Shown here: in pieces, positions 1 through 9,522 of the stretch
Numbering within the stretch: position 1 is the stretch's first letter
Layout of the letters: the number at the start of each line of letters is the position of its first letter
NCBI GenBank assembly: GCA_022844165.1
Contig: JALHMH010000027.1
Location: 1 to 62,225, forward strand
Origin: Lysobacterales bacterium
Lineage (GTDB): Bacteria > Pseudomonadota > Gammaproteobacteria > Xanthomonadales > SZUA-5
Direction of reading: 5' to 3'
DNA length: 62,225 bases
Translations under genes and position numbers: made by a program
The notes under the pieces: generated by a model
What the model was told of the DNA's origin: nothing
Database searches by the model: none
Seen by the model: only the letters and a program-made list of their open reading frames with translations

Positions 1-64
1 GATGTCGCGACGACACCCTCCAAAAGCTATTTCCTTGGGCGCGACAGACGCCACGCAGGGGCTC

Positions 65-119
65 GTCCAACAAACGCTTCAGATCGCGGCTGCGCGCGAT
101 CTAAGCTTATTCGTTAGGC
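65..119. mobile_element. attC: integron attC recombination site (55 bp)
   Basis: + strand GTCCAAC-AAACG-CTTCAGAT-CGCG-GCTGCG-CGCG-ATCTAAG-CTTATTC-GTTAGGC: RYYYAAC and GTTRRRY ends, paired L boxes with one extrahelical base; overlaps the NADAR stop codon. Confidence 0.85.
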
Positions 120-674
120 AACAGTGCCGGAAAGCAACGCTCTCACCTCCATGAGAGCAAAGCCTAGTAAGTTTTCACCTTCCCACTGATCAGGCGAGTT
201 TGCAGATGGCGATTTTGCGTCCATGCCAATTCCCCATATTCTGTCATTTGGACTCGCCTCTACAAGAATTTTATCCGCAGTTGAAAGGAGGTACTTTCGC
301 AACCGCGGGTTCTGACTAAACTTCAGGACGTTTCCATCCACCACAATCTTCCAGCGATGTTTTAACCAGACGTCTTCATCAAATCTTTCAACCCTGCGAC
401 CCAAGGATTTAGCCCTTCCTGGATCCTCGACGCCAATTATTCTCTTTGCCAGCTCTGGTTGGCCAAACAATTCAGCCTTACGAGCCATCATGAAATGTTC
501 GGCTGTGCGATAGACGATTTCATCATCACGGAAGGGCGCAATGAACCACTGGCTGAAGCACGAATTTGTAATAGCTCCGTTTGGACTTGGTCGATGACCC
601 CAAAAGTGAAGGTACTCGAATCTTTCCCCACCGGAAATTCTCTCAATTAGTTTATCTTTGTCTCGAACGTCCAT
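114..674 (-). CDS. NADAR (YbiA-like) family protein, integron gene cassette
   Basis: Motifs FSQWF, TAEHFMMARKA, KFSQNP, LVEASPNDRIWGIG, GENLLGFALM; bounded by GTTAGGC/GCCTAAC; visibly more AT-rich than the flanks. Confidence 0.92.
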   Translation of the reverse strand: MDVRDKDKLIERISGGERFEYLHFWGHRPSPNGAITNSCFSQWFIAPFRDDEIVYRTAEHFMMARKAELFGQPELAKRIIGVEDPGRAKSLGRRVERFDEDVWLKHRWKIVVDGNVLKFSQNPRLRKYLLSTADKILVEASPNDRIWGIGMDAKSPSANSPDQWEGENLLGFALMEVRALLSGTVA

Positions 675-689
675 AGGCTTCCCAATGAT

Positions 690-710
690 GCCTAACTAAA
701 ATTAGACGAC
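690..710 (-). mobile_element. attI: probable integron attI simple site
   Basis: - strand GTCGTCTAAT-TTTA-GTTAGGC: degenerate L box plus GTTRRRY core, between the intI 5' end and the first cassette. Confidence 0.65.
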
Positions 711-808
711 ACCAAGGCTACGCCCAGTCGTCGCCCATTCGCGAGACTGGGCTTCAGTGCAAGCTCTCGCCATTGCGTTCCGCGATAGGCAAACCTAAAA
801 TTGTGCCG

Positions 809-1774
809 ATGAATGACCCGCCGAAACTTCTGGACCAGGTTCGCGATGCGATCCGCGTGCGCCACTACAGCTTGCGCACCGAGATGGCTTATGTGGACTG
901 GATTCGCCGCTTCCTCCTGTTTCACAAGAAGCGCCATCCGCGGGAGATGGGCGCCGATGACGTCGCTGCATTCTTGACCCACCTGGCGGTGGAGCGGCGG
1001 GTGTCGGCGTCGACGCAGAATCAGGCGAAGAGTGCGCTTTTGTTTTTGTACAAGGCGGTGCTCGATATCCAGTTGCCCTGGCTTGATGAGGTGGTCAACG
1101 CCAAACGTGGTGATCGTTTGCCGGTGGTGCTGACGCCGCGGGAAGTTCGGGAGGTTCTGCAGCATGTGTCTGGCACACCGGGTTTGGTGTGCAGCCTGCT
1201 CTACGGCACTGGTATGCGCCTGCTCGAAGCGTTGCGATTGCGTGTGACGGACGTGGAGTTTGCGCGGCGCGAGATCGTCATTCGCGAGGGCAAAGGTAAC
1301 AAGGATCGTGTGACGGTGTTACCAGAAACGCTGATAGGGCCGCTGCAGGCGCAGATCGCGAAAGCCAAACGCTTGCACGACAAGGACCTCGAACAGGGTT
1401 TCGGCGAGGTGTTTCTCCCGGATGCGCTGGACGTGAAGTATCGGAGCGCTGCGAAAAGCTGGGGCTGGCAATGGGTGTTTCCCTCGAACGTGCGCTCCAT
1501 CGATCCGCGCAGTGGCGTGGAACGTCGGCACCATCTTTATCCAGAGAGCATTCAACGCGCGGTGCGCGATGCGGTGGCGCAAACCGACATTGCCAAGCCG
1601 GTGTCGCCGCATGTGTTTCGCCACAGCTTCGCGACGCATTTGTTGCAGGCTGGGTACGACATCCGCACCGTCCAGGAATTGCTCGGACATAGCCACGTCA
1701 ACACCACCATGATCTACACGCACGTGTTGAACAAGGGCGGGCGCGGTGTTTTGAGTCCGATTGATGCGTTGTAG
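809..1774 (+). CDS. intI: integron integrase (tyrosine recombinase)
   Basis: HYSLRTEMAY, VSASTQNQA, GMRLLE, HVFRHSFATH, LGHS, TMIYTHV, plus integron-specific insert WQWVFPS..IDPRSGVERRHH; ATG at 809 chosen. Confidence 0.96.
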   Translation: MNDPPKLLDQVRDAIRVRHYSLRTEMAYVDWIRRFLLFHKKRHPREMGADDVAAFLTHLAVERRVSASTQNQAKSALLFLYKAVLDIQLPWLDEVVNAKRGDRLPVVLTPREVREVLQHVSGTPGLVCSLLYGTGMRLLEALRLRVTDVEFARREIVIREGKGNKDRVTVLPETLIGPLQAQIAKAKRLHDKDLEQGFGEVFLPDALDVKYRSAAKSWGWQWVFPSNVRSIDPRSGVERRHHLYPESIQRAVRDAVAQTDIAKPVSPHVFRHSFATHLLQAGYDIRTVQELLGHSHVNTTMIYTHVLNKGGRGVLSPIDAL

Positions 1775-2314
1775 CTTGCGGCGGCGCCAATCCCGACATC
1801 TCTGCTTTTTGCAACACGCTGGCCGCTGCGGCGGGCGATGCGAATGACGTCACCATGGGCTTCTTGAGCGCCCAACGAAAACGTGTGCAAACCGACGACC
1901 GCACCTCGTAGTGTTGCCCACGAGATGCAGTCGCTCAGCAAAGCGCCCCTCAGCACGCAAAGACAACTCGCCGGTTCGGCAACGTTGATGTTGAATGCGC
2001 AGCGCGAGTCGGCGCAGACAGGAGACAAGGACAGCCATTTGGCAAAGCGGGAAAATGAGCCGGCGCCCGTTTGCTGTCAGATTGGTCCGACAGAAGTCAC
2101 AGACCTGCTGCATGTGAAGAGGGATCGTGTCGGAACCTGGGAGAACCAGCCTTCGGATCAAGGGCGACCGCTGACGATGAAGGTCAAACGCATGCAGGAT
2201 TTGCCACGAGGATCGTGCGTGCGCTCCCAGAGGTACGACGCAAGTCGCAACCTGTACCGCACATTGTGGCCGGAGTTGCGCGACAATGCGCACCGCTGTC
2301 TCGGGGAATCGACC

Positions 2315-2531
2315 ATGATCAAACTGTTGGATCGCGACACGAATGTCCAATCTGCCGAGTTGAGCGACGAAGATCTGGCACAAGTAATCGCCGCGCTGGA
2401 GGAACAGTCCAGCAACGATCAAGACTATTACATTGATACCGCCACGCTGGCGTTTCTGGCCGAATCCAGCGTGCGCCGCGATTTGCTCACGTGAGGGCAT
2501 GGAGGTGGTATGGGAACGCAATCGATCATAG
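2315..2531 (+). pseudogene. small acidic conserved hypothetical protein, probably truncated/frameshifted
   Basis: MIKLLDRDT...LEEQSSNDQDYYIDTATLAFL stops at 2494; a plausible tail REGMEVVWER continues in another frame (2490-2531). Confidence 0.4.
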
Positions 2532-2980
2532 GGCTGAGTCTGTTGGCGTCGTCGACTGCCATGGCTGGGTTGAACCCTACGGGTTGCAGTGATGTGACAG
2601 GGATCTCGCCTTTTACGCAATTTCGCTACGATCAGATTCAGAGCTTTTTTGATGTTTTGATCGATCCTAAGGACCCACTGTCGTCGCAGTGCACGCGTTG
2701 TCATGAAGGTGAGATCGGTGCGGCAGGAATGGGGCTGTCGGCGGGTACAAGTTACGGCAATTTGGTAGGTGTGCCGAGTGTGTTGACGCCGCTGCTGCGC
2801 GTGGCGCCAGGTCTGCCCGACCAAAGTTGGTTCTATCTCAAGATCAATTGCGACTCACCCGGTGTCGGTTCACGCATGCCACAGGATTCGGCGGCGTTAT
2901 CGGTCACACAACAACGCTTCATCTTCGACTGGATCCGCCTGGGCGCGCCGCTGAGCAAGAACGGCTTCGAAGACCGCTGA
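2510..2980 (+). CDS. secreted monoheme c-type cytochrome-like protein
   Basis: Signal peptide, CTRCH heme motif, RVAPG.PDQS, RMP, WIRLGA; C-terminal NGFED. Confidence 0.75.
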   Translation: MGTQSIIGLSLLASSTAMAGLNPTGCSDVTGISPFTQFRYDQIQSFFDVLIDPKDPLSSQCTRCHEGEIGAAGMGLSAGTSYGNLVGVPSVLTPLLRVAPGLPDQSWFYLKINCDSPGVGSRMPQDSAALSVTQQRFIFDWIRLGAPLSKNGFEDR

Positions 2981-4008
2981 TGCAGCGCATTGTCATTGAT
3001 CGACCGGGCGGATATGAGCGTCTGCGGCTGGTCGAGAGCGATGATCCGATGCCGGGTCCGGGTCAGGTGCGCATTCGGGTTGCGGCGGCGGGGGTGAACT
3101 ACGCCGATGGCATCATTCGTATGGGCCTGTACGAATCAGCAAAGCGCCTGCATGGTTATCCGATTACGCCCGGCTTCGAGGTGGCCGGCGAAATCGACGC
3201 GTCAGGCGACGGTGTTGTCGGCTTCGCTGTAGGTGACCGTGTTCTCGCGCTGACATTGTTCGGCGGCTACACCAGCCATATCGTGCTTGATGTCGATCGT
3301 GTATTCGCCTGCCCGCCAAATCTGTCTCTGGAACAAGCCAGCGCACTGCCGACGGTGTTCCTGACCGCATGGTGGATGGTGCATGAGCAACAGCGCGTGC
3401 GCGAGAACGAGCGATGGCTGGTGCACTCTGCGGCGGGTGGTGTTGGCAGCGCGCTGCTGCAAATGGGGCGACTGGCATCGGCGCACGTCGTCGGCGTCGT
3501 CGGTGCATCGCACAAAATTGCAGCGGCAGAGAAACTGGGTTGCAATGTGGTGCTCGACAAGTCGACAACGCCGTGGATTGCTGCCGCGCGAGCTGCGGCG
3601 CCGGATGGCTATCACGCGATTTTTGATGCCAACGGTGTGGCTACGCTGGCAGACAGCTATCGCCTGTTGGCGCCGACCGGGCGGCTTTGCATTTACGGGT
3701 TCGCGTCGATGTTGCCACGCAATGGGCGACTGAACTGGCTCGCGTTGGCGCGCGATTGGTTGCGTACGCCGCGTTTCAATCCTTTGAACATGACGCGCGA
3801 CAATAAGAGTGTGTTGGCGTGCAATCTGAGTTTTTTGGCCAGCGAAAAGTCGCGTCTGATCGAGGCGATGCATTGGCTGCTTGAGCGATTCGCCGACGGC
3901 CGTCTGCAGCCGCTGCCCGTGACGACATTTCCGCTGGCAAGCGCGAGCGATGCCCAGCGGGCTATCGAAAGTGGGACAACGGTCGGGAAACTGGTTCTGG
4001 TTCCTTGA
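2980..4008 (+). CDS. medium-chain dehydrogenase/reductase (VAT-1/quinone oxidoreductase-like)
   Basis: AAGVNYAD, TPGFEVAG, HSAAGGVGS, TVGKLVL; ATG overlaps upstream stop. Confidence 0.88.
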   Translation: MQRIVIDRPGGYERLRLVESDDPMPGPGQVRIRVAAAGVNYADGIIRMGLYESAKRLHGYPITPGFEVAGEIDASGDGVVGFAVGDRVLALTLFGGYTSHIVLDVDRVFACPPNLSLEQASALPTVFLTAWWMVHEQQRVRENERWLVHSAAGGVGSALLQMGRLASAHVVGVVGASHKIAAAEKLGCNVVLDKSTTPWIAAARAAAPDGYHAIFDANGVATLADSYRLLAPTGRLCIYGFASMLPRNGRLNWLALARDWLRTPRFNPLNMTRDNKSVLACNLSFLASEKSRLIEAMHWLLERFADGRLQPLPVTTFPLASASDAQRAIESGTTVGKLVLVP

Positions 4009-4129
4009 CGGCAGGCGGAACGATTTGATCGCAGAATCGCCGCCTGATTTGAGCGCAAATTCCCGAGAAATTTGGTTGCGACATCCGCCCCGTGCGAGCA
4101 TGCGCTTGTCGACACAACCGGAGCGCGGG

Positions 4130-4906
4130 ATGGGCGAGTTATCGGGTAAGGACTATCGCAATCTGCTGGAGCCATTGGCCGAAGAGTTGAACGCCATGCA
4201 TCGCTGGTTGCAGCACAAGGGCCATCGACTGGTGATTCTGTTCGAAGGACGCGATACCGCAGGGAAGGGTGGTGCCATCGAAGCCTTCACCGACTGCCTG
4301 AATCCACGTTCGTGCCGTGTGGTTGCGCTGACCAAGCCGACAGAGCGCGAGCGCACGCAGTGGTATTTCCAACGGTACATCGAGCATTTGCCCGCCGCGG
4401 GCGAGATCGCGCTATTCGATCGCAGTTGGTACAACCGCGCGGGTGTCGAGCGCGTCATGGGGTTTTGTACCGAAGACGAGTATCAGCAGTTTTTGGTCGA
4501 TTGTCCGGCGTTCGAACGGATGTTGGTCAAGAGCGGCATTCTGCTCTACAAATACTGGTTCGGCTGCGACCAGAAATTGCAGGAAGAGCGACTGGCCGAG
4601 CGTATCGATGATCCGGTCAAACGCTGGAAAATCTCGCCGATCGATCTGGCGGCCCGAGAGAAGTATCGCGAATACACGCTGGCGCGCGATGAGATGTTCA
4701 AACACACGCATATCTCGGAAGCGCCGTGGACTATGGTTGATATGAACCATCAGAAACGTGGCCGGTTGAATATGGTGCGGCACCTGCTTGATGCCTTGCC
4801 CGATCACGAAATTGCCCTTGAATCGATGCAACTGCAGGCTCTGAAGTCCGCACCCAAAAAAGAGAGCTATCCCAAGAGCATTCCGGTGGCAAAGGCGCGC
4901 TATTGA
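4130..4906 (+). CDS. ppk2: polyphosphate kinase 2
   Basis: FEGRDTAGKGG, WYFQRY, FDRSWYNRAGVERVMGF, KRWKISPID. Confidence 0.93.
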   Translation: MGELSGKDYRNLLEPLAEELNAMHRWLQHKGHRLVILFEGRDTAGKGGAIEAFTDCLNPRSCRVVALTKPTERERTQWYFQRYIEHLPAAGEIALFDRSWYNRAGVERVMGFCTEDEYQQFLVDCPAFERMLVKSGILLYKYWFGCDQKLQEERLAERIDDPVKRWKISPIDLAAREKYREYTLARDEMFKHTHISEAPWTMVDMNHQKRGRLNMVRHLLDALPDHEIALESMQLQALKSAPKKESYPKSIPVAKARY

Positions 4907-5706
4907 TGGCCCACGTTGAGTCACTGGCGGTCTATCCGATCAAGTCGTGTGCCGGCAATTGGCTGCAGGTCGCTCGCGTTGAGCGGCGTGGCCTGCTCGG
5001 CGATCGGCAGTGGATGCTGGTCGATGAAAAACAACGCTTCATCACGGGCCGACTGCTGCCCCAGCTGGTTGGCGTTATTGCGACGCCCTCGACCGATGGC
5101 TTGAGGATCAGTGCGCCCGGTATGTCGTCGCTGGACGTTTCGGCGCCTACGGATGCACCGCGGCAAACCGTCAGCATCTGGTCCGATAGCGTTTCGGCAA
5201 TGGACGCGGGCGACGCAGCGGCCACGTGGTTCAGCACGCTGTGCGCCAAATCCGTGCGCCTGATGTACGCCGATGAACGCATGCACCGGCCCGTCAACGC
5301 GAACTATGCGGTTGGCGCACACGATGAGGTGGCTTTTCCGGATGGATTTCCGATCTTGCTGTTGTCGCGTACCGCTGTGACGGTCTTGTCCGAAAAAGTG
5401 GGTCGGGCGATGGATGTACGTCGATTCCGGCCCAATATCGTCATCGCCGACAGCGCGGCGCACGCTGAAGATCAGTGGCGGCGAATTCGTATTGGCGAAG
5501 TGGAGCTGGCTGTCGTCAAACCCTGTGTGCGATGCGTGTTCACGACCGTAGATCCTGATCTGGCAACGCGCGATGCGGATGGTGAACCGCTGGCGACGTT
5601 GAAAACCTATCGCAACATCGACAAAGGTGTGATTTTCGGGATGAACGCGATTGCGCTGAACGTTGGGGATGTCCGAGTCGGCGATCGCATTGAAGTGTTG
5701 TCATGA
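4906..5706 (+). CDS. MOSC domain protein (YcbX/mARC-like)
   Basis: YPIKSC, GDRQWMLVD, FPDGFP, RRFRPNIV, KPCVRC. Confidence 0.9.
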   Translation: MAHVESLAVYPIKSCAGNWLQVARVERRGLLGDRQWMLVDEKQRFITGRLLPQLVGVIATPSTDGLRISAPGMSSLDVSAPTDAPRQTVSIWSDSVSAMDAGDAAATWFSTLCAKSVRLMYADERMHRPVNANYAVGAHDEVAFPDGFPILLLSRTAVTVLSEKVGRAMDVRRFRPNIVIADSAAHAEDQWRRIRIGEVELAVVKPCVRCVFTTVDPDLATRDADGEPLATLKTYRNIDKGVIFGMNAIALNVGDVRVGDRIEVLS

Positions 5707-6569
5707 CACGATCGCATCTGTTCGCTTCCCTGCCCATCGACCGCGATGAAGCATGGCGCGAACGCGCTGGTGCCGGGGAATTTCCAATTGCATCGGCGAA
5801 GCGCATGTACATCAGTTCGGCCGGCGAAGTTCTACTCGGCGACATTGACATCGATATCGAACCGACGCTGCGCCTGTGGCTTGGCAGCATCGACGCGCAG
5901 CCGGTGGTGGTCGATGTGATTGATCTGGCGCGCGACGCGGCATTGGGCGACGCGACGTGGGTCGACTTGCGACTCGCTGCGCGATCTTTGGACGAGCGCG
6001 ACGCTGGTATTGCCGCTTACGGGCGTGCGTTGATGCACTGGCATGAAAAACACCGTTTCTGCGGTGTCTGCGGCGCTCCGACCGACATTCTTGCGGGTGG
6101 GCACCGTCGGCATTGCGCTGCCTGCGGTACGCTGCAGTTCCCACGCATTGATCCGGCCATCATCACGCTTGTGGAATATGAAGGGCGATGCCTCCTGGGC
6201 CGCCAATCGAGCTGGCCGGACAAACGGTATTCGGTGCTCGCCGGTTTTGTCGAACCCGGCGAAAGTCTGGAGGATGCGGTGCGTCGGGAGGTGTTCGAGG
6301 AGGCGGGAGTGCGCGTCGATGCGTGCAGCTATCACTCCTCACAGCCCTGGCCGTTTCCATCCAGTCTGATGCTCGGGTTCACTGCAACCACGTCTTCAGC
6401 AGAACTTCGGATCGGAGAAGAATTGCAGCACGCACTTTGGGTGTCACCGGAGGAACTGGATGTGGCAGTGCGGGCTGGCGAAATCAAGCTTCCACCGCGG
6501 GTGTCGTTATCCAACGCACTCATTGCAGATTGGTTCGAAGCACGAACGGGTCACCCGCTTCCTACTTGA
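5703..6569 (+). CDS. nudC: NAD(+) diphosphatase
   Basis: CGVCG..CAAC zinc ribbon, Nudix box GFVEPGESLEDAVRREVFEEAG, SQPWPFPSSLM. Confidence 0.93.
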   Translation: MTRSHLFASLPIDRDEAWRERAGAGEFPIASAKRMYISSAGEVLLGDIDIDIEPTLRLWLGSIDAQPVVVDVIDLARDAALGDATWVDLRLAARSLDERDAGIAAYGRALMHWHEKHRFCGVCGAPTDILAGGHRRHCAACGTLQFPRIDPAIITLVEYEGRCLLGRQSSWPDKRYSVLAGFVEPGESLEDAVRREVFEEAGVRVDACSYHSSQPWPFPSSLMLGFTATTSSAELRIGEELQHALWVSPEELDVAVRAGEIKLPPRVSLSNALIADWFEARTGHPLPT

Positions 6570-7371
6570 GTTCGCCGGCGTGGTCGGCGAGGCGTGCCTG
6601 CGACCAGAGCTCTTCCTGCATCTCCAGGCCTAGTTCGCCGAACACCAGGCCACGTTCCGCCGCAAGCGCTTCCATGCGCCGGAATCGGCGTTCGAATTTG
6701 GCGTTGGTCGCGCGCAGTGCCGTCGACACATCGACCTTCAGTTTGCGCGCAAGATTGCAGGCAACGAACAGCACATCGCCGAGTTCATCCGTGAGTTTGT
6801 CGATGCCGGCATTGGCGGAGATTTCCGCCTCCAGTTCCGCCAGCTCCTCGCGCAGCTTGGCGAGCACCGGGGTGGCGCCCGGCCAGTCGAAACCCACGCC
6901 AGCGGCGCGACTTTGCAGCTTGGTGGCGCGCTGCCATTCCGGCATGCCACGGGAGATGCCAGCGAGCACGCTCGAGTCATTGCCCGCGCGCTCGGCGCGT
7001 TTCATGGTCTCCCAGGCGCGGGTCTGCGCATCGGCATCGGCATCGGCGATCGTCGCATCGGCAAATACGTGCGGATGGCGACGCACCATCTTCTCAGCGA
7101 TCGATTGCACAACGCCTTGAAAACCAAACGCTCCGATCTCGTGTGCCATCTGCGCGTGGAACACAACCTGCATCAGCAGATCGCCGAGTTCGTCGCGCAG
7201 ATCGGGAAGGTTGTTGCGGTCGATGGCGTCCGCAACTTCGTAGGCCTCTTCGATGGTGTACGGTGCGATCGACGCAAAACTCTGTTTGACGTCCCTGGGG
7301 CAGCCGCGCTCCGGGTCGCGCAAGCGGGCCATGATGGTCAACAGATCATCGAGGTTGTAAGTCGATGCCAC
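6562..7371 (-). CDS. mazG: nucleoside triphosphate pyrophosphohydrolase
   Basis: IEEAYEV, ELGDLL, KMVRRHPHVF, GFDWP, ELGDVLF, KFERRF. Confidence 0.93.
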   Translation of the reverse strand: MASTYNLDDLLTIMARLRDPERGCPRDVKQSFASIAPYTIEEAYEVADAIDRNNLPDLRDELGDLLMQVVFHAQMAHEIGAFGFQGVVQSIAEKMVRRHPHVFADATIADADADAQTRAWETMKRAERAGNDSSVLAGISRGMPEWQRATKLQSRAAGVGFDWPGATPVLAKLREELAELEAEISANAGIDKLTDELGDVLFVACNLARKLKVDVSTALRATNAKFERRFRRMEALAAERGLVFGELGLEMQEELWSQARLADHAGELK

Positions 7372-8176
7372 GCAATGCCTCGTGCCAGTTGATCGTGTGA
7401 TCGCCGAAACACAGAAAGTTCTGGACGATCAGCGTGTCGCGCTGGTTGTAGCGCCAGCGTCTGCCATGTTCGTCGACCACCTGGCCGCCGGCGGCTTCGA
7501 CAACGCATTGGCCGGCAGCAACGTCCCACTCCGAGCATCGCGATGCAAGGCGCGCGTAAATGTCCATCTCGCCGTTGGCGATTCGCGCGAATTTGATCGC
7601 ACTGCCTTGCGGAATTCGCTGCACATTTCCCAGGGCCAGCAGGTACGACTCGACAGCCGAATTGCCGTGCGAGCGACTCGCTGCCGCTCGCGGCGGAGAG
7701 GCACAACTGGACACGACAATCGGCGTGCGCTGGCCGTCGATCTCGGTCCAGGCGCCGGCGCCGCGCACGGCGCCCCAGGATCGGCCAGACGGCGGATGCC
7801 AAAGCAGCCCGAGTACCACTTCGCCTGCATCGACAAGCGCGATGTTGATGCAGAACTCGCCGTTGCGCTTGACGAATTCGCGTGTGCCGTCCAGAGGATC
7901 GACCAGCCAGATCTGTTTTGCCTCGTGGCGCCGGGCGAAGCGCTCCGGTGAGGCCTCTTCGCTGAGCACCAGTGCACTGGGATCGAGTTGATCCAGGCCG
8001 TCTTCGAGGCGACGATGCGAGGCCAGGTCCGCCGCCGTCACGGGTGTTGCATCGGCTTTATCTTCAACGTCGAAGCGACTGGCGTACACCGCCATGATGT
8101 CCTGAGCCGCGAGCTGCGCAATGCCTTGTGCAGCGTCCAGCAGCTCGTGCAAATCAGCAAGCGAATAGCGGCTCAT
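7346..8176 (-). CDS. cysQ: 3'(2'),5'-bisphosphate nucleotidase
   Basis: TPVTAAD, LSEE, WLVDPLDGTREF, SRSH, GSAIKF, EWDVAAG. Confidence 0.9.
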   Translation of the reverse strand: MSRYSLADLHELLDAAQGIAQLAAQDIMAVYASRFDVEDKADATPVTAADLASHRRLEDGLDQLDPSALVLSEEASPERFARRHEAKQIWLVDPLDGTREFVKRNGEFCINIALVDAGEVVLGLLWHPPSGRSWGAVRGAGAWTEIDGQRTPIVVSSCASPPRAAASRSHGNSAVESYLLALGNVQRIPQGSAIKFARIANGEMDIYARLASRCSEWDVAAGQCVVEAAGGQVVDEHGRRWRYNQRDTLIVQNFLCFGDHTINWHEALRGIDLQPR

Positions 8177-8721
8177 TGGCCTGCCTCGCGACGCAACCAC
8201 TCGCGCGCGAGAAACAACGCTGCGATCGATCGCGAGGAGCTGAAGATATCGATATCCAGGAGCTGCTCCAGGTCTTCGATCGGGAACGGCTCGACACCAA
8301 TCTCCTCCGGCTCATCGCCTTTCAGCCGTTCCTCGTAAAGGCTGCGTGCGAGTACCAAATGTGAGGTATGGCTCATGAAGGTCGGCGCCATCGACAGGGT
8401 TTTGATCACGCGCAAATCGCGCGCGCCGAAACCTATTTCTTCTTTGAGCTCGCGATTGGCGCCTTCGAGCAGGGTTTCGCCAGGATCGATGCGACCGCTG
8501 GGCAGGCCCAGTTCATAGCGATGCAAACCTGCTGCGTACTCGCGCGCCAGCAGAACGGTTTGCGCATCGAGCATTGGCACAATCACCACAACTTCGCGCC
8601 CAGAGCCGTGGATACGCTCATAGGTACGCCGCTCGCCGTTGGCGAATTCAAGATCCAACTGTTCGATCTTGTATCGAGGCGCGACAAGACGCGCCTCGAG
8701 AATCTTTGGAAGTTCATTCAT
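8173..8721 (-). CDS. nudE: ADP compounds hydrolase
   Basis: LDLEFANGERRTYER, EYAAG, GRIDPGETLLEGANRELKEEIG, LKGDEPE. Confidence 0.88.
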   Translation of the reverse strand: MNELPKILEARLVAPRYKIEQLDLEFANGERRTYERIHGSGREVVVIVPMLDAQTVLLAREYAAGLHRYELGLPSGRIDPGETLLEGANRELKEEIGFGARDLRVIKTLSMAPTFMSHTSHLVLARSLYEERLKGDEPEEIGVEPFPIEDLEQLLDIDIFSSSRSIAALFLAREWLRREAGQ

Positions 8722-9521
8722 GGCGCCGATTCTAAATCGGCGAGAGTGCGCAGTGCGTGTCGATGTGCGGGCGATCCGGCTGCCAGGACGCTGCGCGTGG
8801 CCAGCGACAGTTCCTGGCCGTCGAGATCGGTAAAGATCCCGCCGGCTTCGCGAACGACGACAGCCAAGGCGGCGATATCGAGAATGTTGACGTCGCTTTC
8901 GATCACACAATCCACCGCGCCGGTTGCGAGCAAATGGTAATGATAAAAATCGCCATAACCGCGCGTGCGGTTGGCCGTCGCCGCGAGCTGGGCAAGGCGC
9001 GACCAGCGACGTTCGTCTTGCGCCAAGGACTTCAGGTTGCCAGTAGATAGGGCGACGGCCGACCACTCCTGAGCGATCGGCATTCGACAGCGCCTGCCAT
9101 TCAAAAAAGCGCCGCCGCCTCGGGTGGCCCAGGCCATTTGACCAAAGACCCCCGCGTAGCTCACACCCAGCAACAGCTCGCCGCGCACCATCAATGCGAT
9201 CTGCGTCGAGAACACGGGGTAGCCTCGGACAAATGCTTTGGTGCCATCGATTGGGTCGACCAGCCACATGAACTCACTGTCGCCCTCGACTCCGCCTTCT
9301 TCGCCGTAGATCGCGTGGTCCGGATACGCACGCTTCAAAACTGCCCGAATGGCGGCTTCAGATTCTTCGTCCGCGCGCGTCACCGGTGTGCGGTCATCCT
9401 TGATTCTGAGGCCAACATCCGCTGTGCGAAAGTACCGATCGACGACCACGCCAGCCGCCAGCGCCGCCGACTGCGCTACTGGCAGCGCACGTTCCAGCAG
9501 GACTTGAATCGCCGCATCCAT
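8718..9521 (-). CDS. inositol monophosphatase family (HisN-like) phosphatase
   Basis: TPVTRAD, YGEE, WLVDPIDGTKAFVRG, RGYGDFY, DIAAL. Confidence 0.85.
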   Translation of the reverse strand: MDAAIQVLLERALPVAQSAALAAGVVVDRYFRTADVGLRIKDDRTPVTRADEESEAAIRAVLKRAYPDHAIYGEEGGVEGDSEFMWLVDPIDGTKAFVRGYPVFSTQIALMVRGELLLGVSYAGVFGQMAWATRGGGAFLNGRRCRMPIAQEWSAVALSTGNLKSLAQDERRWSRLAQLAATANRTRGYGDFYHYHLLATGAVDCVIESDVNILDIAALAVVVREAGGIFTDLDGQELSLATRSVLAAGSPAHRHALRTLADLESAP

Positions 9522-9522
9522 C

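Noticed and set aside
4130-9521. ppk2-MOSC-nudC / mazG-cysQ-nudE-IMPase cluster as a defence system
   Set aside because: Housekeeping nucleotide-sanitising genes; nudE-cysQ-mazG linkage is ordinary in this lineage
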